DNA of 63,887 nt, filler included, from Basidioascus undulatus (Eukaryota): NCBI GenBank assembly GCA_000826855.1. It is 4 parts of 4 records of this genome, joined end to end, with 100 filler letters (N's around TTAATTAATTAA, not from the genome) between each part and the next. Parts side by side here need not be neighbours in the genome. Positions count along the whole stretch, not along the records: positions 48,033 to 63,887 come from JTLS01000620.1; 3 more parts are not named here. One strand, written 5' to 3'. Made by a program: the position numbers and the translations under genes. The notes beneath the pieces were generated by a model. The model was not told the DNA's origin. It did not search any database and saw only the letters and a program-made list of their open reading frames with translations. Positions 51,869 to 63,389 of the stretch are shown here, piece by piece. The number at the start of each line of letters is the position of its first letter. The stretch's first letter is position 1.

Positions 51869-53706
51869 TGTGGAACAGGTTATTTTCCTCAAGTGGAGGG
51901 GGAATGAAGAAAGTAGACAGCCGTACTGGCCCAAGTAATTGGATTCGAGCTGAAAAGGATGACCTGTACTCTTTGCAACGGCGGGTCGAACGACCTTTTC
52001 TCTTCAATGCAGGCTCGGGGACCTATGTAATGCATCTTTTGTTTGACTTGGCCATACGATTGGCAGAGCAGTGCAGGCAGAGTGGTATCGCGAACGAGGA
52101 TCAGCCACGAAGTTCAATGAAAATGACCGGGTTACGTAGCCTGAAAAACGCTTGCCTAACAGTTTGTATACACGCTTTTAGACACCTTAAGGCCCTGTAC
52201 TTATGCTTTCTAGTCACAATGCGCATCCGAATCTCTCTGATGAACAGTACAGGTCATCGAGAAAGGTGTCTAGCAAAGAGGCACCGCCAACTCGGTCTTC
52301 AAAAACTCCGTCGCACGGTATTCAGGCTTTGAGTGAAAGAGCCAAGCTCATGTGGCATAAGTATTTGGCATAAAAGGCGAGGACACAACAAGCCCGCCCA
52401 GCACCGCGATCTTGTGCCAACAGGCTCATCCCCAGCCTTCCTCGTCTCCCTCGTGGGTGGTTCCCCAATGTTCTGACTTGGTAAACCTTGGACTTACGAG
52501 AGCCTGGCGTCTCTTTTCGTTCGGAGTCGTTCGGGCATCCTAATAGAGGATGCTTTGGGATGCTCAATGCAAAATAGCCGAAGATTTCTGACTTGCACGC
52601 ATCGGCATCCGACCTCGTCATTGGAGGTTACCGTGCCGCCGCACCTTTGACAGGGCGGCGGCGGAGCAGTCACGTCTCTTCCCTTTTTCGCTTGTGAGCG
52701 GCCTCGCGTCATAATTCAGGAGTTGAAGCTTCAGTGGCATATTATCTTCCGCCTCATGTCTCTCAACTTCTTTCGGAAGTATAGGTGCATTTTAGCAGGC
52801 GAGAAAAACAGTGGTGGCCTTTGCGTGGAAACAAGCGTAGTGTTGAACCTACTCAACAGCATCTGGTTTATATTTCGTAGCTTTTGAACTACGATCAACT
52901 TGGGGCCCGAAGTTCTCCCGGGAAGTACAATCCGATGTCCCGAGAGCACCAAAGCCGCTGGCGGAACGATGAAAAATGTGCCTGACCCTTATCTAATAGT
53001 GGCCTGATTGTCGTTGCCACGAGGGTCGGAGACTTGAAGACACGCGACGTCCACTCCTCGTCTCCTTCCCCCGTGTTGCCGAAACGACAGTCGGAACAAG
53101 AAGTAAGCGAGCCGGAAACTTAGTAACCCGGGTCTACTGAGTTTGTCATGTGGCAGTGTGCATGTGGCAGTGCGCAAAACGTTGAATAGACATGTTCCCA
53201 TCTCACAGCGTCGGAAGTGATGTCCAAACATGAAAGGGCTGTCTGGGTGTAAGTTTGTTACACGAGCGGACATGAGCGGAAATTGCATGCACATGCCACC
53301 CCAAATCCCCGGGGGTATGATCATGAATACCACCGAATTGTCGTAAGATCTATTAAACGAGCAATCTCGGGCGTTTTGCGGCATGGCCCGAGCTCTCGGA
53401 GGTTGACAGGGCTCGGACGGAGAGGGTGGAGTGTAACGTTTGTTTTGACGCGAAGTCGTTTGGATTCCGGGGGATACACCGCATGGCCTGTCTTCCCTCC
53501 TCCGCTCCTTCCTCCGCTTCTCCCCATCGCATCGGCGCCTCGCCGCGATCCGGTCTCCGTCAAGATGATGTACCTCAAATGTCATTTTCTCCGGCTCTGC
53601 TTTCGCCACCACCATCTACCTTTTAGTCTACGCCGCCCGGATCACACTTTTCCACACCGCAGCCCAACAAGCCCAAGAACTTTCCATTCCACTCACACCA
53701 CCTCCA

Positions 53707-54872
53707 ATGTCACGACGCAACAAGGCGCATGTTTCGGTCGCGTGCGTGCCATGCAAGATGTCGCACATTGCCTGTGATCGTGAGCATAGTTTCTATCCCC
53801 TGCTCAGTAAACGCACGCTAAGAGTGTGACCTCTTAGACCGACGGCCGTGTAGGCAGTGCGAGCGACAAGGGAAGGAAGCAGCCTGCGTCGATGCTGTGG
53901 TGCGTCCTCTTCTTTATGTTACTCCTCATGAGTCGAATTCTTACTGAACGAAATAAAATCCATCTCCAGCACGCCAAACGAGGTCGTCCTAAAGGCACCG
54001 TCAAGTCGCAGAAGGACTCGGAGACGAGCAGCAGTCGCTCGGACAGTCCCGAGATAGTGCCCTCCGCCCCGGACCAGCGCGCCTTTCTCCGCCGCCGCAC
54101 CACCCAGCCAATAATCCGACGAACGTCGAGCACCACCGCTCGGCACCGCACGGCGAGCTCCCCGCCGCCACGCACTCGTCCTCCTCACAGCACCCACTCC
54201 TACACACCCTCGCCAACTTCGACCGCTTTCGGCGTTCCCGACACGGATCTTCTCGTCGATTCTGCTCTTACTCAGATCTTCGCCATACTCAGCGGCCCCG
54301 CACACATCCTCTTTCACGCTCCCTCGGACCTCAGCTCCCTCTTCGACCTTGTACCGCACGCGCACCACCCGCGCCTTGCCGCAGCCCAGGCGCGCCTCGC
54401 GTGGGGCGAGCACGCCCCGACCGAGCAGATGCTCATGCGCGACCGGCTCGGGCGCACGATGGAGTACGAGGTGTCCCTGAGCCAGGAGCGGGACGGTCTG
54501 GTCCGGGCGCGGATTGGGGCGGTGAAGGAGGGGACGTGGGCGGGCTGGAGGAAGGTGAGTGCGCTGCAGGTGCAGAAGGACTGGGCTGGGAGGCACACGG
54601 GTGAAAACACCCCCCTATTCTCTCGCACCCCGCTCTACCACACTTCTCCCTACCATCCAACCATCGAGCACGGACGCGCATCGAACCCACCGGCGTCGGT
54701 GCCTTCGCATGTCGAGCAGCCCCGAGCCGGCACTTCCCATTTTCTTCGCTTCCTTCCTTCTCCTCCTTGGTCCGAATACGATGAGGATTCTCAACCTACC
54801 TGTGCTTCCGGGACATTCTCCACTTCTAATCTGATCACCGCACCCAAGTCTCTCGCTGCACTTCTATGTTGA
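53707..54872 (+). CDS. Zn(II)2Cys6 transcription factor (Rds2/Ert1/AcuK-AcuM-like cluster spacing)
   Basis: Spliced N-terminus ACVPCKMSHIACD|HRRPCRQCERQGKEAACVDAV|HAKRGRPK. The zinc cluster is not visible in the ORF track because of introns. Confidence 0.82.
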
Positions 54873-54897
54873 AATGTTGTATTGCCTACCTCCTTCG

Positions 54898-54937
54898 TAG
54901 CTTATTGCTTGTGCTTATAGCTTATTGCTTGTGCTTA
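54898..54937. repeat. 20-bp tandem duplication in the 3' UTR region
   Basis: TAGCTTATTGCTTGTGCTTA occurs twice. Confidence 0.85.
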
Positions 54938-55308
54938 ATCCGAATTTGACGACGACGAAAGTTTCCAATGTAATGAGTCTTGACATTGTTAATTTACGAT
55001 GAACTAAACGTCTACTCTTTGCAGTCCTTCGCCGCGGTGCACCGGGCCATGCAGTGTGTGTTACCTTTCGAGCGCGCCCGCTTCCCTTGATCTAAGTCAT
55101 GGTCGCCGGACTTGCTTTTCGTTTGGCAAGTCTTGGAAGAAAGGCAGCACTGGATAGAACTTGTGGTGACAGCTTGCCCCTAGTGGTTCCTCACTCAGGT
55201 TACAAACTACGGGCTGCGCAACAGCAACAATTTGCTGCAGCTAATACCTACAAACAATCGCATAATTTCACGGTGTTACAGTCGCAAGAGGCTGCCTAAT
55301 GATCCCTA

Positions 55309-56302
55309 TCAAACGCGGTGTGACTTACACCACTGCGGGTCCAAGCACGCCCCGGAGTAAGAAAGCGCACGGCGGAAAGCGAAGCAAGTGACGGACCTTC
55401 CGATGTTTTGCCCAATCATGCCACTGATCCTATCGTGAGCACTACGTCGCGCCCTTTCAGGCGTGGCACGCCTGCGTACACGGCTTTCCGCAAACTTCAC
55501 ACCACGACCCGCCAGTCTCGAAAAGCACCTCGACCTTGTCGAGGATTTGCTTGATGGCAAGATCTCGCTGACTAGGGGGCAAGTTCACAATGGGTATTGC
55601 CGTCGAGTTGAGAAGAGCAAGACGGGACGCGCGAGGTTTACCGATCCGGAAGGTGCGCAGAAGAAGACGCACGAGGTCGGACCGAGGCGGGGGCGTGAAG
55701 TGCCGCGTTAGGACGAGACGGAGGCGGGGGCGGGAAGTGCCGCATTAGGACGAACTGCACCCAGGTAACGGGTAAATCGGAAAGGATGCGATATGGGACG
55801 TTCGAACACAGCCAGCTGTACGTGCAGTGCGCTTTGAAGAGCGCGGGGTCGTCGTCGTTCGGCTTCATCGGACGGAGGGTGTAGTGGTGAAGGTCTCGAG
55901 CAATGAAGCCGTGAACCTCGCCGCTCAGGTCGATCGAGAAATGTATACCCGCTGGCAGATAATCGAATCGACCACCAAAGTGGCAGTACACGGGTGGGGT
56001 CCTGCCAGCGACGGCCTGCATCTGATTGTTGACCTGGTCCTCAACATCCTCGCAACAGGCCTTGATAAGCGGATCGAGGTCGCCCATAATGCTTGATTCG
56101 AGATGAGCAGAACCATGAACTCCTGTGCGGCAGGGACGGGGGTCCTCGAGGTAGGGAAGGCAGTACTGAGGTCGAGCGTGAACGCTCCGAGAAACTGGCG
56201 GATGACGAGCACCCGTCCGAGGTAGCGGATGATGCCGATTTCCTCGTCTTCGTGAGACTTACGAATGAAGATCTTTTTGAACGGGCTGATAGAATCGATC
56301 AT
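55309..56302 (-). pseudogene. MYND-finger pseudogene, paralog of 14536-15559
   Basis: WCEVCGKPCTQACHA*KGAT*CSR*DQWHDWAKHRK|WCKSHRV*, with three in-frame stops and frameshifts. Confidence 0.75.
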
Positions 56303-56982
56303 ACCCGCGCCGCAGCGGACAAGGCCGAAAGCGGAGGGAAGCGAAATGTCGATGTGTTTGACCAGCTCGCCCGAGCATCCGCACTAGTGACGATGCGAGG
56401 ATCATCAGTCCGGACAGTCTCGAGGATGAAGGATATCGATGGCGTAATAGGCATGACTGAGGAGGACGCCGCCTCGAACGCGAAGTCGTTGAAAGTTAGC
56501 CTGGGGGTGGAGGAAGAAGGTGGGCAAGGAGTCGGGCGGGAGCTCGAACTTCGCAGTTTTGTGCACTCCGCTGGTAGGTCGCCAAATAGACAATTGCTCC
56601 CAATCCGGCTTTGGCCGCGTAGCAGACGAGACTTCATTGGGAAGTACAAAACACATGTACGCGACTCTATACAACGAAGGGGAGCAACCTACCCTCTTCC
56701 CCGTCGGCGCCGCAAAACGTTCAGTGTGCGTCTCCGAATCCCCAAATGGGCGAGCTGAGCCATCCAGCCGCCACGCGCAGCCCCATTCACGCCCTTGGCC
56801 CAGGACAGTGAGACGCCAAAGCTCAGTGGGCTTATCCGATTCTGGAGAAAGTCCACATCGCAGAGGTCGCGCAGAAGTGCGCAGGTCTGCGAGAAGGAGA
56901 CACAGGTGGATAGCGTGGGCAGCTCATTGTGGACGAGGACGAGAACTTCGGCGGGAAGCATGAGAAGCGACAACGAGGTCAT
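56303..56982 (-). pseudogene. F-box protein, frameshifted
   Basis: MTSLSLLMLPAEVLVLVHNELPTLSTCVSFSQTCALLRDLC is an F-box pattern, and the continuation switches frames. Confidence 0.6.
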
Positions 56983-57856
56983 GTTGAGAGATGTTTGGTA
57001 TGCGGAAGGGTTACTCGAATGAAGTTGACGCAGGAGGTTGAAGGAAGCGATGGTGATGGTAGCTCGTCAAGCCCGAGCTTCCGCTGGCAGCAACCGCGCG
57101 CCAGCCTCGTCATGGGGCTTCTACCGAAGAAAGCCTGAAGCCACTTTGAGCACTGTAATGGAATGTAAATTCACAAGGAAATACTAGGCTCCAAAAGGGC
57201 TCATGGTAAGGCTCCTAGATGAACAGCACCGTTGCTAGTGTCCCTCCTTATGCGAGCACAGGGACTTTTTGCGAGACCCATTCTTGCCGCCGCTGGCCTC
57301 GTCCGTTTCAAAAGCTGCCGAAAACCCTTCAGGAAATCAACCGTCTGTCCCTTTGTAGCTGTGAACATCGTCTTTGTCCAGACAGCGTTGGAAAGATAGG
57401 TTTTATCTGCAGTATGCGCACAGCTTCGGACATGCACGACACGCACCGCCTTCAAAACTCGGCATCCAGCAGAGCTCAACCAATCTTCGTCCACCTGAGG
57501 TGAAAGGAACTCGAAGAGTTTAATTGGTCCACAACCCATTTCGCATTCCCAAGTATCTAGCAAAGTCAACGGGCGCCTTCGGCTGGCTGTATCATCGGCA
57601 GTGCATGCGGTAGCAGGCACGAGCGGATGAGAGATACAGCTGGGAGCCGGGTAGGACCTGGAAAAGATAGATAGAGAAACTTCGGTTTCGTCAAGGCCGC
57701 TTTGTGAGTGTCAGACATAACAGTTCTGCGACAGCCAAGTAAGCAGCACGTCTCAAGGTCAGCCCGGCACATACCGAGCTCAAGCTGCCCATTCTGTCCA
57801 GCCGCACCGTCAGTCTCAGTTCTCACAGCCTTCGCAACCCCGCTCAACTCACAGTA

Positions 57857-59595
57857 TCACATCTCCCCCACCTCCCGCAGGTTCGCCTCGAAGCTCTCCA
57901 TCAGACTGTCGTCTCTCCAAATCTCAAAGTCCTCCGCCTCGCCCGCCCCCGCGTCCCTAGCGGGGCGGAGAAGCTCCCCGGCCGGCTCCTCGAACTCGAC
58001 CTCGAAGTACTCCGACTGCGCCGCGCCGTCGCTGCTGCTTCCCTCGACGGTAGAGCCGGTCATAGAAGATTGGGCGGAGGGGCCGTGGTGCCAGAAAGTC
58101 GGGGGGAGGACGCTGTGCAGGGGAGGGGGGGCATTCTCGCTTCCGGGGATGATGGGCAGAGATAGTGTGGGGAGAGGGAAGAGCGCGGATGGGGCGTAAG
58201 GGGAGGAAGACGCGTGCGAGGACAAGGCTGCGGCCGCTGCGGCGGCGGAGGCGAACAGCTTAGCTTGGTAGCGGTCGAGGGCGACGTGAGCGGAGGGTGG
58301 CTGCTCGGAGTGAGACTGCTGGGACAAGAATTGGGAATTTAAGTCCGAGAGGAAGGCAGGCAGAGTGGGCAAAGGGCGGGGAAAGAATGCGACCGTAGAC
58401 GCACAGGGATCTCGGCATGTGGAATTTCCTCAACACGGCCTCCGCTGGAACTTCTCAACGATCCGCGCATGTCCTCCACCATATCGCTCTCCGCATCGGC
58501 AGCGGGAGCGCCATACGGCCTCGGCGGCAGGTGCGAGACTGCAAGCGCATGGGGCTCGTAGGCGAGCGGCTGCGTTAGGAGAGTCGGCGTGTTCGCAGGG
58601 CGGTACGGCGTAGGATGGAAGAGGGAGGGCGAGTAGAGTGGTGCGGGGTGGGGAACGTGCCGCGGGGCGTTAGGGCGAGAAGGAGCAGGAGAGCTAGACC
58701 GCTGTGCGGGGGCATGCGCGTGGTAGTACGACGGTCCGGGCGAGGCGAACGGGACTATTGCTGAAGGCTGCGTGTGGTCCGAGGGAGGCTGTACGAGATG
58801 GTAGTGGTAGTCGGGCTCGTTGTCGGGGAGCAGAGGCTGGAGATGGTGCGGGGGCAGGTCGAGCGAAGACGCTTGAGCGGGAAGCGCATAGGCGAAAGCG
58901 GGCGACTGCGCCTGCGGTGGTGGGTACGAGGCGGACAGGGGCGCCGACGGGTAGAGCGAGGGCTCGGGGCCCGGCGTGGCTGACTGTCGGAGTGCATTCG
59001 ACGGGGAGAGGGTGGATGTTGCGGTTGCGAGCCAGTACGGGATGGGGGAAGGCGAGCGGCGAGGGTGCGGAACCTGCAATGATTTGGAAGATTTCAGCTT
59101 CGACAGACAACATCCAACGGGACTGAAACTCATGACCTTCATATCCCGTCCGACCACCCTAGAGCTCCTCATCGACTTCGAGTCCTCCTCGACCACGTCC
59201 TCGGCGACCCGCGCCGTCCTCCCCATGCCCCTCGCCTCGCTCGACAGCCTCGCCCGCCCGCTCCCGCGCGTCTTCCCGAAGGCCTTGTCGAACTTCGCGT
59301 TCAGACCGGTGGCGGAGGAAATAGAGCTGCCTCGTGCGCGCTTGTTGAGCTCACGCAGGTCGTCGCCGACGGACGAGCGCTTGGTCGGCGTCGAGCTCGT
59401 CGGTGGAGAGGGAAGGCAGTGTGGTTGCCGGCGCACGGACCTGCACAGGGAAATCAGAGGTTTTCGGATATCCAAAAGACTGAGAGAGCTATACCCGGGG
59501 TATCGGGTGAAGCGACCTGCCGGCTTCGGATCCCTAGGCGAGGGCGACGAAGAGCGGTGCGAAGACGAAAGCGAAGGAGGAACGGCGTGAGGCAT
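57857..59595 (-). CDS. Pro/Ser-rich low-complexity hypothetical protein
   Basis: Long ORFs 58339-59745 and 57857-58372 can be joined by a GTGCGT...CCCAG intron. No domain recognised. Confidence 0.6.
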
Positions 59596-60754
59596 TGTGG
59601 CTGCGTAGGTGAATGTGGATCGAAATTGTATCTCCCTCCAGTCTGGTACGCAGGCGACAAAGTGGGACGGAGGGCAGCCAGTGGGGATGATGGTGGACGG
59701 AGGGCAAGAGCCGTGAGGCAACCAGAGCAGAGATGTAGCCATCAAGATGCGTGTCGACAGGACTTCGCAAGCGATGAGGCGGTTTGTTGCAGACTGGTTG
59801 CTTCCTCGCCCAGCCCAGGAAGACGAGTACGTCTCGCTTCCAGCTCAAATGACGGTCTTGTAACGGAATTCAAGCAAATCAACTGTGGAAGCTCACTGGC
59901 AATCGTATTGCAGGCAAGCGGACTCGCTTTGCTGTGTGGACCCCAGGCATTCCGTCCGTCACTAATAGAGGCACACAGAGAAGATTCTTATCAGGAAATT
60001 TGAGAGTTCATAACGATCTTATGCCTTTTTTGTGTCGGACATTTGTAGGGGCAGCAGCCTCGGCAACGTCTTGGGAGCTTATTGCATTGTTTCTTTCAGC
60101 ATTCTACATGATACACGGTCCTTCTGTCTACGAAGGTGAACCAGACTGGGATATATTCACTCTTTATGAGCTTGAAGCTCGCACAAAGTGATGCACGCGG
60201 GGACTCAGTAAGTCGACATGCGGTTGTGCACCTTGCCGATCATTTTTACAGCGTGCTGAGCTTTGAGTGAGCACCGGAACTTCTAAAAGTACCCCAATTA
60301 AGGTAGAGAGGACGATAAAAGACTATTTCCTCCCTGATTGTGACGGGACTGGTTAGAGATCAGCGCGACTGCGTGGCGGGGGTGTAATGCGTAGGCGTGG
60401 TCCACGTGATTTCTTCTGCAGCGGCTGACAGTCAAACTCCGCGACCCAATCCCCGCTCTCCGTGCCACTCGGGCTTCCAGCCGTCGTGTTAGACGGACGG
60501 ATTCCGGTGATAGTCCCTTAAAAACACGCTACATATATATATGAATGCATGCACCTTGAAGTTCAGGACGGAGCGGGCAAATCTTCAAGATCATCCCTTA
60601 CCTGACCTGTCGAAGACGCAGCGGCAGCGGTTACACCAAGGCCGGCCCTTCCGGTGCAGAGCGAAGGGACGCTCCTAACGTCTCTTGTCCCCATCTGTAT
60701 CCCTTCAGATCACCTGCGTCCACGTTCTCCATACAGCCACCCTCGTCGTTCGCC

Positions 60755-62413
60755 ATGCCACATTCACAGTTACCCTTCCAGCCGCTCTCTTCCGGTCTTC
60801 TCTGGGGTTTCTACAGCGCCCACATCACGGGCATGGTCCTCCTCACCCTTCTTTTCCTCACCACCGTTCTCTATCTCAACCGTCACGCAACCGTTCCCAC
60901 ATTCTTTCTCGTCCTCGCCCTCAACTCTTTCTTCGCGAGCATGCTCGCCTGGACCGGAAACGCTCGGGTGGCAGAGCCTTCGTTCGAGGTCTGCCTCACC
61001 TGCGCCCTTGGCTTCCTGTCCGGCACAGTAGCACAAGGCGCGGCAGCCTTCGCTCTGATCCTCAAGGTTCGTCTCCCCTTGGAGGGCGGTTAGGTATTAA
61101 GGTATTACGAGTTTTCAGACTTCTCATTACCGGCAGATTTGGAGCGTCATCGTCGACTACCGCTTTACGGACTCGCCGATCTGGACGCCATTCTTGGTCG
61201 CGACGCCTTGGCTTGCAGCGGTCCCTACATTCATATACGCTCTCGTCGTACGCATTTTTACCCCAGTGGAATCTGAAGTGCGGCTTATTAGCAACGGGCA
61301 GTGGGGTCTGCGAAATCGATCGCGCGTCGTCCGGACGGATACTTATTGCATGTTCCTGAACCTCGATATGTGCGTCCCCTTGCTCATTTACCCAATCAAT
61401 ATCTGACAGCGGTGGATAAGTCATTACGGAGCGGTCTTCGCTGCCGACGGCTTTCTGTGGGCATACTGCGCCTTCGCATTCCTGCTGTCCCGCTGATACA
61501 TCTCCACAGCATCCTCACACTGCTCTTTGCCCTGTGGTCGGTGATTGTTTATCAACTCAAGCACCGACATGTGAAGATGCGGCGGCGGGTGGACCTCCCA
61601 CTATTTGCTCGGGTACGTCAATCTCATCAATTTCCGGTGAATTCTTTGGGTCTCAACAGCCTCAACCCTCGCAGGTCCTTGTGTTTTGCCTGTCCGTCTT
61701 CCCCACCTAGAATCTCTGTAACGAGCTGATCACCCTTCCCCATCCAGCTTAGCCTTGATGACAGTCATTATCACTTTTAACAACTAGTAGTTTGCTCCTC
61801 TGAAGCGGGCGGTGCTCCCGAGGCTAACTTGCGACCAAATTTCAACAGTCGTGTCGGACGCGTCCAGCCAGGATCCAACATTGCGATCGCGAGCATCTCG
61901 GTCGCTGTATTCTTTATATTCGGTGAGATTTTTTGGTTCAAAAAGTCATATGTAGGTACTGAGTACAGTTGTCTCTCTAACAGGTTCACAAAGAGTTTGT
62001 TTCCACCTTAACTCTCGTTCGGAGACGCCTCAGCTTGACACCCATTCCCAATCTCGCAGGACGTCCTCCGGACATGGCGACTGATCAAGCCTGGCCACAC
62101 CACTCCTTCAACAACGGTCGCCTCATTCTCCACCAAAAGCAGATCGACTCCTTTCCACCCCTCGAATCCTCTGCGCTCGTATGAAGGGCGCCCCGTCGAT
62201 GGGATTCGAGTCTCACGCGTCGTGCTCGTTGACGAGGAGCTGCATTGTCCTACTTACGTGGGCGGTGGGGGTTTGAAGGCCTATCACACTTGGGATGATG
62301 ATTGGGGGTCGGAACACTTTGAAGAGATAGGAGACGGAGGGGCGCCTATGTACGAGCTGAAGTCAGTCGCTGCGAAGAAGAGTGTTGAGACGGAGGTGGG
62401 AAGAGCTGTATGA
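60755..62413 (+). CDS. Multi-pass (probably 7TM) GPCR-like membrane protein
   Basis: Successive TM segments, loop Cys residues (EPSFEVC and DTYC), and a last helix VAVFFIFG|SQR|DVLRTW assembled with an 11-nt exon at 61984-61994. Confidence 0.7.
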
Positions 62414-62884
62414 AGAGGAACGCGTTGTATGTAGACCTACAGTTCCACACTTACTTTTCGAGGAGCCTCTTGCACAATGTGTCAGAGGCATGGAAAGGTC
62501 ACCTCGACCTCTGAAAACGTGGGTGCAGCTAGGCGGGCAGTGAGGAACAGTCAGCCTTCCCCGTCTTCACCAACTTATGTCCAATTGCAGAAATGTGCAA
62601 CGTGGGAAGTCCCTTGTCCTGTATTATAATTAATCATCTGCATGACTGTAACGAGGAGACGCCGGCGTTCAGGTACTTTCAGTCAAGAGCACCTGCGGCC
62701 AGCACGGTTCCCCACAGAGAGTGACCATAGTATCCCACTGACTATTTCATGCACTTATGGATTAATGTCTTCCTACGGTACTTCGCTTTGGCATTTACCG
62801 TAACGCCTCCCCGGTCTATACGTTGGAGATAAATCTTAAGTTGAGGGTAAGCACATTAACCTCTGTTAACAAGTGGCAGTCGAG

Positions 62885-62957
62885 ATCAGGGGGTTGCAGG
62901 TTCGATCCTTGCGTCGGTCAAGGCTGGCTGGCTCAATGGTAGAGTATCTGACTACGA
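62885..62957 (+). tRNA. Circularly permuted tRNA-Arg(ACG) candidate (3' half 62885-62920, 5' half 62922-62957)
   Basis: 3' half A TCAGG GGGTT GCAGG TTCGATC CTTGC GTCGGTC A precedes 5' half GGCTGGC TG GCTC AATGGTA GAGT A TCTGA CT ACG A. All four stems pair when the halves are swapped. Confidence 0.8.
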
Positions 62958-62969
62958 CTTATTTAATAC

Positions 62970-62974
62970 TTTTT
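62970..62974 (+). terminator. Putative RNA Pol III oligo-T terminator
   Basis: TTTTT begins 13 nt after the anticodon-side end of the tRNA 5' half. Confidence 0.55.
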
Positions 62975-63389
62975 GCTTCTGCACCTATTGAAGCTGGTCC
63001 TGCCGTGCTGGCTGAGTTCGAGCCATCAGACTTATTTGCTCTCAGCAGCGAAAGTCTGCAGTCTTGTAACGTGGCGTCTCGATATGTATGCCGGTCACCC
63101 AAATCCTTTCATACCCAAGATCCATGAAGGAGAAGGTACGACAGACCCTGAATGCAATCAGGGTTTCCCAATAGAATACTTAAGGGTTGCGTGCTCTCCT
63201 GCCGGTTTACTTGGGGCCGGTTCGCTGTCGAAGGACAATGCACTGGTCGATGGGGAACGTCGAGCTGTCAGGTAGCTTCAGACTTTATGCCATTGATCAG
63301 CATTGGTAATCAGGGGAGAAGGCCAGTTAGAGGAAAGATTAGGTGCAATCTGATGAACAGCTCTGAAGAGTCGGTCGCTCATGTTTTAT

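Noticed and set aside
55425..55460. Three in-frame stops in the MYND finger as possible codon reassignment
   Set aside because: They replace different residues (Cys, Tyr, Glu), the gene has frameshifts, and intact genes in the window use TAA and TGA as normal stops.
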